Of a DNA stretch of 64,000 nt, positions 41,490 to 51,561 are shown one piece after another. This DNA comes from Cytophagia bacterium (GTDB lineage Bacteria > Bacteroidota > Bacteroidia > UBA7662), in contig RFOZ01000001.1 of assembly GCA_009926405.1 (NCBI GenBank), positions 3,261 to 67,260 of the forward strand, written 5' to 3'. The translations under genes and the position numbers were made by a program. The notes under the pieces were generated by a model. The model did not search any database, was not told the DNA's origin, and worked only from the letters and a program-made list of their open reading frames with translations. How positions within the stretch are numbered: position 1 is the first letter of the stretch; each line of letters begins with the position of its first letter.

Positions 41490-42317
41490 TCAGGAGCGTT
41501 GAATCATCACTTTGTCCTGAACCCTTAGTCCAAGCAAGGACTCGGCGTGGTTGTTGGCCAGGGCAATTTCGAGGTAACCCATGGCATTGTAGAGCAGCAC
41601 AAGGTGCTGTCCTTCCACCGCATGGTAATGGCCCTGAATCCGATCGCTGCGGTTTTCGTGTCGTAGGTTGGAGCGAAGCAGCACCTCAAAGGGTCGATCG
41701 GCCACAAAGGTTTCAACGGTCCCTTGGTCCAGGTTGGTGTGGAGGTTTCCGTAACTATCCGCATAGAGGACCCGGCCATGCAAAACGCCGTTTTGTTCGT
41801 AAACCTTTTCCTGCCACATCCCAACGGTATCCGGCAGGGGCTCCTGCCAAGGTTCGGGTGCTTTGGTTCTTGAAGGATCTTGCCCCAAGGCATGAATCAG
41901 CATACCCAAGGGCCCGTCCAGCCAATCCAGCAAGGCAAAGCCGGCCTTGGGTCGTGGTACGGTCAAGGGGTAGCGCTGTACGGGTGGGCTTTCATCCCCT
42001 TCAACCAGCAACGGGACCAGGCCTTTGTCTGGCAAGGCAAACCAATGGCCCTGATAACGGACCACGATAAAGGATGGCCAAGGGCTTTCTTGTTCCTTGG
42101 TTCGATACCCCACATCCAACAAATGCACCGTACCCGGTGGAAAAAAAGGGAAGGCGGTTTTGAGGACATAAACAGCCTCAAGCAAGTCATATTTGCTAAT
42201 ATTGTGTGAAATATCCTCGGTTCGCCCATGCGGAAACCTGCTCAACAATCGTCCTCTCAGCATCGCGACATATGGATCGCGCAGTCCGTAATCGGTGGTG
42301 AGGGTGACAAGAGCCAT
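41490..42317 (-). CDS. SAM hydroxide adenosyltransferase / chlorinase-fluorinase family protein (DUF62)
   Basis: VTLTTDYG..D.YV, DISH, FPPGTVHL, PDKG, D.YGNL.TN, GYLEIA. Confidence 0.88.
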   Translation of the reverse strand: MALVTLTTDYGLRDPYVAMLRGRLLSRFPHGRTEDISHNISKYDLLEAVYVLKTAFPFFPPGTVHLLDVGYRTKEQESPWPSFIVVRYQGHWFALPDKGLVPLLVEGDESPPVQRYPLTVPRPKAGFALLDWLDGPLGMLIHALGQDPSRTKAPEPWQEPLPDTVGMWQEKVYEQNGVLHGRVLYADSYGNLHTNLDQGTVETFVADRPFEVLLRSNLRHENRSDRIQGHYHAVEGQHLVLLYNAMGYLEIALANNHAESLLGLRVQDKVMIQRS

Positions 42318-42348
42318 GGGGAACGCTAAACGAAGCAGAGACCGACCT

Positions 42349-42356
42349 CAAATTTA
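42349..42356 (-). promoter_or_regulatory. Candidate -7 promoter box for the DUF62 gene
   Basis: TAAATTTG on the minus strand, 31 nt before the ATG, in the divergent intergenic region. Confidence 0.55.
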
Positions 42357-42382
42357 TTCCAAAGCCACCAAAGCAACGCCTT

Positions 42383-43378
42383 TTGCCTCACCTTAACGAA
42401 CCGATGGAATTTGACATCACGGGAATGGATCCCTTGGGATTCTATGGCGCTGGAAACGCCCGACAGGATCGATTGCAAGCGGCTTTTCCGGAGCTCAAAA
42501 TGACAATGCGGGGGAGTCGCCTCAGCTTGGAGGGAACCGAGCAGGCCATGAACCGGTTTCAAATCTTGTGGGAACGATTGATACGCTCCTATAGCCTGGG
42601 ACAGGGTGTTTTGAGCGATGATGCCTTCAACGAAGCCATGGCCGGCCTGGAGTCCCGGCATCGTGACGCGAATCCGGTTTTTGATCCTTCCCCCAAAACA
42701 GCTTTGGTGCATGGGCCCAACGGCCTCATCGTGCGGGCACGTACCCCAAATCAGCAGCGGATGGTGGATGCTATGGACCGATGTGATTTGTTGTTTGCCT
42801 TGGGTCCGGCGGGATCCGGCAAAACCTATACCGCGGTGGCCCTCGCTGTTCGTTCCCTCAAAAACAAAGAGGTCCGAAAAATTATCTTGACCAGACCGGC
42901 GGTTGAAGCCGGAGAAAGCCTGGGCTTTCTGCCCGGTGATCTCAAAGAAAAAGTTGATCCGTATTTGAGGCCGCTTTACGATGCCTTGGAGGACATGCTG
43001 CCGCCCCACCGGCTAGCCAAGTATTTGGAGGATGGCCTTATTGAAGTGGCTCCTTTGGCCTTTATGCGGGGTCGGACCTTGGACAAAGCCTTTGTTATCT
43101 TGGACGAGGCCCAGAACTGCACCCCCACCCAGCTCAAAATGTTTTTGACCCGCATGGGTCCCTCTGCACGATTTATTGTTACGGGGGATTTGACCCAGGT
43201 TGATTTGCCGGCCCGTATGGTCTCGGGCTTGGGACCCACCCTGCAAGTTCTCAAAGGTCTTCCGGGGATTGCGGTGGTTGAACTGAAGGAATCCGATGTG
43301 GTCCGTCATCCTCTTGTCAAAGCAATTGTTCAAGCCTACCAAAATCAAAATCAAAATCCAAACAACGGTCATGCCTAA
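42383..43378 (+). CDS. phoH: PhoH/YbeZ-family ATPase (start TTG 42383 or ATG 42404)
   Basis: [44 protein letters not shown]. Confidence 0.93.
   Translation: MPHLNEPMEFDITGMDPLGFYGAGNARQDRLQAAFPELKMTMRGSRLSLEGTEQAMNRFQILWERLIRSYSLGQGVLSDDAFNEAMAGLESRHRDANPVFDPSPKTALVHGPNGLIVRARTPNQQRMVDAMDRCDLLFALGPAGSGKTYTAVALAVRSLKNKEVRKIILTRPAVEAGESLGFLPGDLKEKVDPYLRPLYDALEDMLPPHRLAKYLEDGLIEVAPLAFMRGRTLDKAFVILDEAQNCTPTQLKMFLTRMGPSARFIVTGDLTQVDLPARMVSGLGPTLQVLKGLPGIAVVELKESDVVRHPLVKAIVQAYQNQNQNPNNGHA
43340..43358 (+). repeat. CAAAAT x3 microsatellite (QNQNQN) at the phoH 3' end
   Basis: caaaat caaaat caaaat c read directly. Confidence 0.6.
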
Positions 43379-44330
43379 TCCTTTTCCGCAAGCGCCGATT
43401 CAATTGCCAGGAATGACCGGTTTTTACCGGGGAAAGGTCCGGGATGTTTATTTTCTGGAAGATCGTCGCTTGGTGATGGTTGCATCCGATCGAATTTCGG
43501 CCTTTGACGTGGTCTTGCCGGCCGCCATACCACGCAAAGGGGAGGTGCTGAACCGTACCGCTGCCTATTTCCTGGAAAAAACCCGGGATTTGGTTCCCAA
43601 TTGGCTCATTAGCAGCCCACACCCCCGTGTTTCCTACGGTTATTGTGCCGAACCGATTCCGGTGGAGATGGTGGTTCGGGGTTACTTGTCCGGCCATGCT
43701 TGGCGTTGTTATCGGGATGGCGCTCGATCCCTTTGTGGTGTAATACTGCCGGAAGGCCTCAAAGAATCCGATCCATTGGATCGCCCCATCCTTACCCCAA
43801 CCACCAAGGCATCCGAAGGTCACGATCAGGATATTTCTCGTGAACAAATTTTGGAGCAGGGCCTGGTTAGCGAAGAGAATTACAAAATCATGGAGGAATA
43901 TTCGCTGGCTTTGTTTGAACGTGGTCGTCAGATGGCGTTGGAACGTGGTTTGATTTTGGTGGATACCAAATATGAATTCGGACTTTTGGATGGCCAAATT
44001 CTCCTGATGGACGAAGTGCATACCCCCGATTCATCCCGTTACTTCTATGCCGATTCTTATCAGGAACTGCAGGATAAAGGCCAACCCCAACAGCAATTAT
44101 CCAAAGAATTTGTCCGTCAATGGCTGATTGCCAATGGATTCCAGGGTTTGCCCGGGCAAAAAATTCCAGTCATGACATCCGATTGGATTCATGAAATAAG
44201 CGAGCGTTACCAAGCACTGTACCGTCAATTAACAGGTCAGAATTTGGGGGCTGTGCAGTCCATGGAGATTGGCCTGGAACCCACCGATTGGGTCGAAGAT
44301 TTTTTGAAGTATCGTCAAACCTTGAGCTAA
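43371..44330 (+). CDS. purC: SAICAR synthetase
   Basis: [52 protein letters not shown] 43371. Confidence 0.96.
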   Translation: MPNPFPQAPIQLPGMTGFYRGKVRDVYFLEDRRLVMVASDRISAFDVVLPAAIPRKGEVLNRTAAYFLEKTRDLVPNWLISSPHPRVSYGYCAEPIPVEMVVRGYLSGHAWRCYRDGARSLCGVILPEGLKESDPLDRPILTPTTKASEGHDQDISREQILEQGLVSEENYKIMEEYSLALFERGRQMALERGLILVDTKYEFGLLDGQILLMDEVHTPDSSRYFYADSYQELQDKGQPQQQLSKEFVRQWLIANGFQGLPGQKIPVMTSDWIHEISERYQALYRQLTGQNLGAVQSMEIGLEPTDWVEDFLKYRQTLS

Positions 44331-45271
44331 AGACCAAGGCCCATGAAAGTGCCGATATGCCTTTCAATTTTGGCTGGGTTAATATCGGCAATGGTTACCA
44401 AAATGCCGGCTTCGTTCACCCGACCAAAGGCGGCGTTGTGAGCAAAACCAAAATATTTCATGGTAGACGATAAATTCATGTAGGCAGGAAAGAGAGGAGG
44501 GACCCGGGTCCCCCATTCCTGGGTTTTTTTGTGGAGGAGATTCAGTCCTTTTTCGTAGTCCAAATCAACCCATAAATCATTGATTTCTTTGGGTATAGAA
44601 AGTTCAACCTCGAATTCACGGCGGGGCTCTACCCAGTGATTTGAATCGGCAAAATAATGAGTTAAGAAACCGTGAAGTCCAACGAGGGCTTCTTTGGGGT
44701 AAGCGTCAAAGACCGTGACTTTGCCGTAGAGGTAACGGATATCTTTCCTACTCACGGACAGGGCCCCCAATCCATCCCACAGATTGTCCAAAGCAAAGAT
44801 GCCTTTGCGGTAAGGGCCTTCGGGTTGGTAATCCGGTGCCACAAAAGCCCGTCCCAACTCAAGGGTGTACGGTAACACATGGTTGCAAAAATCCGGACTG
44901 AACGAAAAAAGCGTGTTCGAGGAAAGACGAAAAGCCCCTTGGGCATCCGGTCCCGTTTTGCGGCATTCCACAAAGCGGTAGGCGGCCATGATTTGACGGT
45001 TTTCGGGGTCCCAAACCAGCAATTGTTCGTAGCCATTGGGTTCCATATCGTAGGTGTCCAGATCACAGGCTTTACCGGTTCCTCCGCCTTCGGACCGAAA
45101 ACAGAGCTCGCGAAGACGTCCGATTTCCTGCAGGCAGGCCGGTGCATTGTCTGCATTGACCACGTAGAGCAGGTTGTTGCCTTTGTTGGTGCTGCGTAGC
45201 AGGCGTTCAGGCAACAACTCTGCTTCGATCGCTGCGGGGTCTTGGGCGTTAATGAGAGTCTGCATGGGCAT
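44327..45271 (-). CDS. GNAT N-acyltransferase (OlsB/GlsB-like amino-lipid synthase)
   Basis: EIGRLRE..FR..GGGTG...[37 protein letters not shown]. Confidence 0.85.
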   Translation of the reverse strand: MPMQTLINAQDPAAIEAELLPERLLRSTNKGNNLLYVVNADNAPACLQEIGRLRELCFRSEGGGTGKACDLDTYDMEPNGYEQLLVWDPENRQIMAAYRFVECRKTGPDAQGAFRLSSNTLFSFSPDFCNHVLPYTLELGRAFVAPDYQPEGPYRKGIFALDNLWDGLGALSVSRKDIRYLYGKVTVFDAYPKEALVGLHGFLTHYFADSNHWVEPRREFEVELSIPKEINDLWVDLDYEKGLNLLHKKTQEWGTRVPPLFPAYMNLSSTMKYFGFAHNAAFGRVNEAGILVTIADINPAKIERHIGTFMGLGL

Positions 45272-46088
45272 AGGTTGCGGGGTTGGCTGGGTCTAGGCTG
45301 TAAACAAGGGAACGAACGCGCTTGGTCCAAGCGGCATCGCCTTCGCCGTTGGATAGGCTTTCAGGCTGCAGGGGCGGACCAAGGTGCAGGGTAACTCGTG
45401 TGCCGCGTAGGCGGTACATTTCATCCGGCAATAGAATCATTTCTATATTGGCTTTAATTCCTAATCGTTTACGCCAAGTATAGGTTTTATAAAATCGCTC
45501 CGACAACCGTCCTTCAATAAACAATGGAATCAAGGGAATCCGGTTCTTGCGAGCGAGGGTTATGGCTGTTTTTTTCCAATCCAAATCACCGATTGTTCCG
45601 TCATGCCGACGAGAAACCAAACCGGATGGAAAGACAATGATTCCGTAACCGGAAGCAATTTTGTCCTGTAGGATGGCGAGGTTTTCCTTCGATTGACGGC
45701 CGTGTTTATTAACAGGAATAAAAAGCCCTTCCAAAGGCTGAACCTGCATCATGATATCGTTGCTCATGGATGCAAAGCGATCCCTTACTTTTCCAATGAC
45801 ATCGTAGATTGCCAGGCCATCCAAACCTCCGAGGGGATGATTGGCTACCAAAACAAAAGCCCCTTGAACCGGGAGATGCTCCAGACCGTTGGCAGCGACG
45901 CTCACCCCAAAATGCCGCAAAACTTCCCTGGCAAAGGGCAGATCACGCAGGTGACCGTATTCAGTCAGAAAACGGTTGATTTCGTCTTGGTGAATTAAGC
46001 GTTCGAGGGCCTTAAACAACCAAGACGGTATCCAGCGGGCCAGCCCGGGGTTCTTGGCCTGGAAGGCCGCACGCAGGTTAATTTTCAT
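45249..46088 (-). CDS. PlsC-superfamily O-acyltransferase (GlsA-like)
   Basis: ANHPLGGLDG catalytic His/Asp block, VFPSGLVSR, DLDWKK, EMILLPDEM. Confidence 0.85.
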   Translation of the reverse strand: MKINLRAAFQAKNPGLARWIPSWLFKALERLIHQDEINRFLTEYGHLRDLPFAREVLRHFGVSVAANGLEHLPVQGAFVLVANHPLGGLDGLAIYDVIGKVRDRFASMSNDIMMQVQPLEGLFIPVNKHGRQSKENLAILQDKIASGYGIIVFPSGLVSRRHDGTIGDLDWKKTAITLARKNRIPLIPLFIEGRLSERFYKTYTWRKRLGIKANIEMILLPDEMYRLRGTRVTLHLGPPLQPESLSNGEGDAAWTKRVRSLVYSLDPANPATYAHADSH

Positions 46089-46104
46089 AGCCCCTTAGGC
46101 CTCT

Positions 46105-47376
46105 TTAGGTGGCGAACAATGGGAAGCTGGGGGCAAAAGCTTGGACTTCTTTTCCAACCGCTTCGGCGACCGAGGGATCCTGGTGGTTACGGATAACACG
46201 GTCAATCCAATCGGCGATTTTTCCCATGTCCCCTTCATTCATACCCCTCGTGGTTACAGCGGCCGTACCCAAGCGAATACCGCTGGTCACCATCGGCGAT
46301 GCAGTGTCAAAGGGAACCATGTTCTTGTTAATGGTGATATGGGCCCTGCCCAAGGCTTGCTCGGCTTGCTTTCCTGTGCACGATTTGTTACGAAGATCAA
46401 TCAGCATGAGGTGGTTGTCTGTCCCCCCGGAAATGAGTTGGTAACCTCGGTTCATCATCGCTGTTGCCAAGGCCTGGGCGTTCTGACGGACCCGTACGGT
46501 GTATTCCTTGAAGGAGGGAAGCAAGGCCTCACCAAACGCAACGGCTTTGGCTGCTATAATATGTTCCAGCGGTCCGCCCTGGGTTCCTGGAAAAACACCG
46601 GAATCCAAAAGCGATGATAGCGAACGCAATTCGCCCTTGGGGTTTCGTAGATTCCAAGGGTTCGGTTGGTCTTCGCCCATCATAATGATACCGCCCCGGG
46701 GACCCCGAAGGGTTTTGTGGGTGGTGGAGGTCACGATATGGCAATGCGGAAAAGGATGGTTCAACAATCCCGTAGCGATTAACCCGGAAGGGTGGGAGAT
46801 ATCCGCCATGAGCAGAGCCCCAACTTCATCAGCGATCCGACGAAGACGTGCATAATCCCAATCCCTGGGATAGGCGGATGCCCCGCAAATGATAAGCTTT
46901 GGCTGTACTGCTTTGGCTTTTTCGGCCACCCGGTCCCAATCGATGCAACCTGTTTCTTGCTCCACTCCGTAGAAATGGGCCTTGTAAAGTTTGCCGGAGT
47001 AATTCACGGGTGAACCGTGGGTCAAGTGCCCTCCGTGGCTGAGATCAAAGCCCAAAATCGAGTCCCCCGGTTGGAGGACCGCCAGCATAACCGCAGCGTT
47101 GGCCTGGGCCCCGGAATGGGGTTGGACGTTGGCCCAAGCCGCTCCAAAAAGTTGGCAAAGCCGGTCGATGGCTATTTGCTCGATTTGGTCAACAATTTCA
47201 CAACCACCGTAATATCGTTTTCCGGGCAGGCCTTCAGCATATTTATTGGTCAAAATGGAACCGGCGGCTTCCATGACCTGATCGGAGACATAATTTTCGG
47301 AAGCGATCAATTCCAAGCCGATACGTTGGCGTTCTTCTTCGGCTCGGATTAGGTCTGCTAGGATGGTATCGTTCAT
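46105..47376 (-). CDS. glyA: Serine hydroxymethyltransferase
   Basis: [47 protein letters not shown]. Confidence 0.98.
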   Translation of the reverse strand: MNDTILADLIRAEEERQRIGLELIASENYVSDQVMEAAGSILTNKYAEGLPGKRYYGGCEIVDQIEQIAIDRLCQLFGAAWANVQPHSGAQANAAVMLAVLQPGDSILGFDLSHGGHLTHGSPVNYSGKLYKAHFYGVEQETGCIDWDRVAEKAKAVQPKLIICGASAYPRDWDYARLRRIADEVGALLMADISHPSGLIATGLLNHPFPHCHIVTSTTHKTLRGPRGGIIMMGEDQPNPWNLRNPKGELRSLSSLLDSGVFPGTQGGPLEHIIAAKAVAFGEALLPSFKEYTVRVRQNAQALATAMMNRGYQLISGGTDNHLMLIDLRNKSCTGKQAEQALGRAHITINKNMVPFDTASPMVTSGIRLGTAAVTTRGMNEGDMGKIADWIDRVIRNHQDPSVAEAVGKEVQAFAPSFPLFAT

Positions 47377-47421
47377 AGGGAAGGAATAAGGGGTCGAAGA
47401 AAGCGTAAGAAATGGAAGGGA

Positions 47422-48471
47422 CTATAACACAGGGTCTGATGCTTGGTTTTGCTCCCAAACCCATGCAGTACGCATCATATCTTCCAGGCTGTATTGAATT
47501 TTCCAGCCCAAGTCACGGGCCGCTCGCTGGTTGTTCGCATAAACCGCCACAACGTCCCCGGGTCTCCGTGGGCCAAAGGTCCAATTAAGACGCAGGTGGT
47601 TGACTGATTCAAAGGCTTGAATCATTTCCAAGACCGTTTGTCCCACACCGGTTCCCAAATTAAAAACAGACCAGGGTCCGGCAGGTGCTGCGTTTTGGTC
47701 CAGGTAACGCACGGCATCAACATGCGCTTGTGCTATATCGCAAACATGGATGTAATCCCGAAGACAAGTCCCGTCCCGGGTTGGATAATCGTTGCCAAAG
47801 ACGGTGAGTTGTTGCCGAACCCCCCTGGCCGTTTGGGTAATGTAGGGCACCAGGTTATCGGGAACACCGACGGTGCATTCCCCCAGACGCCCGGAGGGAT
47901 GGGCTCCTACGGGGTTAAAGTAGCGCAAGGCCACAACCCGTTGACCGGCAACCCGCGCTGGGGTACCGGATAAGACCCAATCTCGGAGCAAGGCCTCGCC
48001 GACGGCCTTGGTACGGCCGTAGGGGGATTCGGTTTCGAGCAACGGTGAATCTTCGGTGACTTGGGTTTGTTCCGGGTTCCCGTAAACGGTACAACTTGAA
48101 GAGAAGACCATGCCGGGAATCCCGTATTCTTCGCAGGCTTTCATCAAATTCATTTGCCCAACCAGGTTGTTCTGGAAATAGAACAAAGGTTGCTGGGTGG
48201 ATTCACCCACGGCTTTAAAGGCCGCAAAGTGTATAACACAAGAAATATCGCCCTCTTGTTCCAAAACTTTGGCCAGCTCTTCCTTGCGGGTCAAGTCTGC
48301 TTGGTATTGATGGTAGTCTTTTTGGGCGATTTCTCGAATTCGATCCGCGATGGCAGGTTTGGAACGGCTGTAGTTGTCTACGCCTACCACCTGATAACCT
48401 GCTTCAAGCAACGCGACGACCGTATGCGATCCGATATACCCGGTGCTTCCGGTCAACAAAACCTTGGGCAT
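47422..48471 (-). CDS. galE: UDP-glucose 4-epimerase
   Basis: TGSTGYIGSH, HFAAFKAVGES, SSSCTVYG, YGRTK, LRYFNPVGAH, RDYIHV. Confidence 0.96.
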   Translation of the reverse strand: MPKVLLTGSTGYIGSHTVVALLEAGYQVVGVDNYSRSKPAIADRIREIAQKDYHQYQADLTRKEELAKVLEQEGDISCVIHFAAFKAVGESTQQPLFYFQNNLVGQMNLMKACEEYGIPGMVFSSSCTVYGNPEQTQVTEDSPLLETESPYGRTKAVGEALLRDWVLSGTPARVAGQRVVALRYFNPVGAHPSGRLGECTVGVPDNLVPYITQTARGVRQQLTVFGNDYPTRDGTCLRDYIHVCDIAQAHVDAVRYLDQNAAPAGPWSVFNLGTGVGQTVLEMIQAFESVNHLRLNWTFGPRRPGDVVAVYANNQRAARDLGWKIQYSLEDMMRTAWVWEQNQASDPVL

Positions 48472-48474
48472 GGT

Positions 48475-49338
48475 CTAGGAGCGCAATAGTTGGAGGAGGT
48501 ATTGCCCGTAACCGGATTTGATCAGGGGTTGGGCCACCGCCCGCAGTCCTTCATCATCGATAAAGCCCATGCGCCATGCGATTTCTTCAATGCATCCAAT
48601 TTTGAGTCCTTGACGCTCTTCAATGACTTGTACGAATTGTCCGGCTTGCATCAACGATGCAAAGGTGCCCGTATCCAACCAAGCAGTCCCTCGGTCCAGG
48701 ACCTGAACCTTGAGACGACCCTGGGCCAGGTAATGCCGGTTGATATCCGTGATTTCGTATTCGCCCCGAGCGGATGGTTGCAGGTTCCGGGCAATTTCGA
48801 CTACGTTTTCGTCGTAGAAATACAGACCGGGGACGGCGTAATTGGATTTGGGTTTGGCTGGTTTTTCTTCGATGCTGAGGGCCCTGCCTTCGGCATCAAA
48901 TTCAACAACCCCGTAACGCTCTGGATCGTTGACGTGGTATGCAAAGACAACCCCGCCTTCGGGATCTGCATGGGAGGCCAACATACGACTCAGTCCGGAT
49001 CCGTAAAAAATATTATCGCCCAAGACCAAGGCGGATTTGTTGTTACCAATAAAGTCCGCGCCCAAAACAAAGGCCTGCGCCAAACCATTGGGAACCTCTT
49101 GAACACAATATTCAAAACGACATCCGATCCGCGACCCGTCCCCCAGCAGTCTTTCAAAAGAGGGAAGGTCCTGGGGGGTCGAAATAATCAAGATTTCCCG
49201 TATTCCGGCCATCATCAAGACCGAGATGGGGTAATAAACCATGGGCTTGTCGTACACCGGCATTAGCTGCTTGCTGGTGGCCAGGGTTAGAGGATGCAAA
49301 CGGGTGCCGGATCCTCCGGCTAACACAATTCCTTTCAT
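48475..49338 (-). CDS. rfbA: Glucose-1-phosphate thymidylyltransferase
   Basis: [48 protein letters not shown]. Confidence 0.97.
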   Translation of the reverse strand: MKGIVLAGGSGTRLHPLTLATSKQLMPVYDKPMVYYPISVLMMAGIREILIISTPQDLPSFERLLGDGSRIGCRFEYCVQEVPNGLAQAFVLGADFIGNNKSALVLGDNIFYGSGLSRMLASHADPEGGVVFAYHVNDPERYGVVEFDAEGRALSIEEKPAKPKSNYAVPGLYFYDENVVEIARNLQPSARGEYEITDINRHYLAQGRLKVQVLDRGTAWLDTGTFASLMQAGQFVQVIEERQGLKIGCIEEIAWRMGFIDDEGLRAVAQPLIKSGYGQYLLQLLRS

Positions 49339-49340
49339 GG

Positions 49341-50285
49341 TCAAGAGACAGGGTTACGAATTTGATCGGCCAGCAAATAGAGAACTGCCATGCGAACGGC
49401 GACCCCGTTTTCGACTTGCTGTAAAATCACGGAATGCGGTCCATCGGCCACATCGGATTGGAGTTCCACACCACGATTGATGGGGCCTGGGTGCATAATC
49501 ACCAGGGGATGGGAAAGTTTTTGGAGGCGGGCTTTGTTAATCCCAAAATACAGAGCGTATTCCCGCAACGAAGGGAGGTACCGAATGGCCTGTCTTTCGT
49601 GTTGAATGCGGAGAACATTGGCTACATCGCACCATTCGAGGGCTTCATCCAGCCGCTGCATGACGGGGAATCCCATTTCATCCAGATGGGGAGGCAACAA
49701 CGTTGCCGGTCCGGTGACCCGTACCTCGGCCCCCAATTTGCGCAAACAATGGAGGTTGGACATCGCCACCCGCGAATGCAGAATATCCCCAACCATTAGC
49801 ACCTTGACACCGCGTAGGCGTCCCATCTTTTGACGAATGGTATAGGCATCCAAAAGGGCCTGGGTTGGGTGCTCATGGGCGCCATCGCCTGCATTGATAA
49901 TGCGGGCATCCACCCGGTCTGCCAGGTAACGACAGGTACCGGCATGGGCATGGCGCACCACCAGCATATCGATTTTCATGGCCAAAATATTGCGGACTGT
50001 ATCGCTCAGGGTTTCACCCTTGGAGAGCGAACTGCCGCTTCCCGAAAAATTAATCACATCGGCCGACAGGCGCTTCTCGGCCAATTCAAACGAAAGTCGG
50101 GTCCGGGTTGAATTTTCAAAAAAGAGATTGGCGATGGTCAAATCCCTCAAGGAAGGAACTTTTCGAACCGGGCGGTGAAGAACTTCCAGAAATTGATCCG
50201 CCGTTTGCAAGATCAGATCCAGGTCGCCCTCGCTGAGGTCTTTGATGGCAATCAAGTGCCGGGAGCTAAGGGTTCCTGTTTTCAT
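49341..50285 (-). CDS. pyrB: Aspartate carbamoyltransferase catalytic subunit
   Basis: [43 protein letters not shown] overlaps the pyrR stop. Confidence 0.97.
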   Translation of the reverse strand: MKTGTLSSRHLIAIKDLSEGDLDLILQTADQFLEVLHRPVRKVPSLRDLTIANLFFENSTRTRLSFELAEKRLSADVINFSGSGSSLSKGETLSDTVRNILAMKIDMLVVRHAHAGTCRYLADRVDARIINAGDGAHEHPTQALLDAYTIRQKMGRLRGVKVLMVGDILHSRVAMSNLHCLRKLGAEVRVTGPATLLPPHLDEMGFPVMQRLDEALEWCDVANVLRIQHERQAIRYLPSLREYALYFGINKARLQKLSHPLVIMHPGPINRGVELQSDVADGPHSVILQQVENGVAVRMAVLYLLADQIRNPVS

Positions 50286-50851
50286 CCGGCGGAGGGTGTT
50301 GGGGAGGACTCCAATGTTTCGATCCAAACAAAATCACGTCCGGATTCTTCCATCCATTCCACATGGATCCGTTGGTTGGGCTGGGTATTCACCTTGCGCC
50401 CGCAATAATCGGGGCGAATCGGAAATTCTTGGCTGTAGAGACGATGCAGCAGGACCATCAGTTCCACTTTGGCCGGACGCCCAAAATCCAAAAGCGCATC
50501 CAAGCCCGAACGGAGGGTACGGCCTGTGAAAAGGACATCATCAATAAGTACAACGGATTTGCCTTCAATCGAAAAATCAATACGGGTATCCGATGGCAGG
50601 AGCGGTGTTTCTCGGCGTCGAAAATCATCCCGATGAAAAGTAACATCGAGCAAACCAAGGGGCAAGGTGGTTCCGATTTTGGCTTCTAGGATGCTGTGAA
50701 CACGGCGTGCAAGCAGGGTGCCTCGAGGTTGAAGCCCGATCAGCACGCTGTTCTCAAAGCGATGATGGGTTTCGATTAATTCCTGGCTAAGTCGATCCAA
50801 CATCAGGCTCAACTGTACGGGATCGAGGAGGTTTTGGCGTCCTGGGGTCAT
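50282..50851 (-). CDS. pyrR: Bifunctional pyr operon regulator / uracil phosphoribosyltransferase
   Basis: LDVTFHRDD, LIDDVLFTGRT.R, GRPAKVEL, PIRPDY.G. Confidence 0.93.
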   Translation of the reverse strand: MTPGRQNLLDPVQLSLMLDRLSQELIETHHRFENSVLIGLQPRGTLLARRVHSILEAKIGTTLPLGLLDVTFHRDDFRRRETPLLPSDTRIDFSIEGKSVVLIDDVLFTGRTLRSGLDALLDFGRPAKVELMVLLHRLYSQEFPIRPDYCGRKVNTQPNQRIHVEWMEESGRDFVWIETLESSPTPSAG

Positions 50852-50852
50852 C

Positions 50853-51272
50853 TTAGGGGGCGGGCCACTGAGCGCGGGCTAAGATAGTATCAAAATGAGC
50901 CTTGCTCAAGGGGACGACCGACAAGCGGGTATGGGTCAGCAAAGGCAGACCGGCCAAGGCCGGGTCGTTTTTCATTTCCTGCAAGGTAACAGGCCGTTGG
51001 AGGGCTTGGAGGGGACGAACCTTGACCGCTACCCAAGGGTCATCCGGACCCGCGGTAGGGTCCGGAAAAGAAGACGAAACTAGCTCCATGAGGCCTACCA
51101 CCGCTTTTTGGGTAACGCTGTGGTAAAAAAGCGCCAAATCCCCCTTTTTCATGGCTTTGAGATTCAGTTTGGCCTGGTGATTGCGAACGCCATCCCAGGT
51201 TCCCACCTTCTCACGGCATAAATCTTCCCATGCATAGGTTTCGGGTTCCGATTTGAGTAGCCAACAAGCCAA
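50853..51272 (-). CDS. EVE domain protein (PUA-like)
   Basis: WLLKSEP, WDGVRNHQA, GDLALFYHS, RLSV.P; start set at TTG 51272 to give the usual MxxWLxKSEP N-terminus. Confidence 0.9.
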   Translation of the reverse strand: MACWLLKSEPETYAWEDLCREKVGTWDGVRNHQAKLNLKAMKKGDLALFYHSVTQKAVVGLMELVSSSFPDPTAGPDDPWVAVKVRPLQALQRPVTLQEMKNDPALAGLPLLTHTRLSVVPLSKAHFDTILARAQWPAP

Positions 51273-51297
51273 GGGGAGTGGATTCAGGGTTTTGACA

Positions 51298-51309
51298 CCT
51301 AAATTTAGG
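51298..51309. promoter_or_regulatory. Perfect palindrome between divergent EVE and xseB genes (possible bidirectional -7 box)
   Basis: CCTAAATTTAGG reads TAAATTTA on both strands, one mismatch from TAnnTTTG. Confidence 0.4.
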
Positions 51310-51324
51310 GCACAATCACCCCCC

Positions 51325-51561
51325 ATGCCTCGTTCTACCCCCAAGGATTCTCCAAACGGCCCCGATGCAGGTGGTCCCGGTGTCTTTTCGCAGCGAATGA
51401 ACCGGGCTCGTCATTGGGTTGAGCAATTGGAGAGGCAGACCGAAGATTTGGACCAAGCCATGGAGGCCTACCGCCAGGCCATGGAAGAATTGGATTGGTG
51501 CAGGGAATACCTGCGCAAGGCCCGTCTGCAAGTGGAGGCCTTGGTCAAAAGCCCTGACTAA
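51325..51561 (+). CDS. xseB: Exodeoxyribonuclease VII small subunit-like
   Basis: 78-aa helical hairpin pattern F......VEQLE....DLDQAM..Y..AMEE...C..YL..A...V; divergent sequence. Confidence 0.7.
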   Translation: MPRSTPKDSPNGPDAGGPGVFSQRMNRARHWVEQLERQTEDLDQAMEAYRQAMEELDWCREYLRKARLQVEALVKSPD

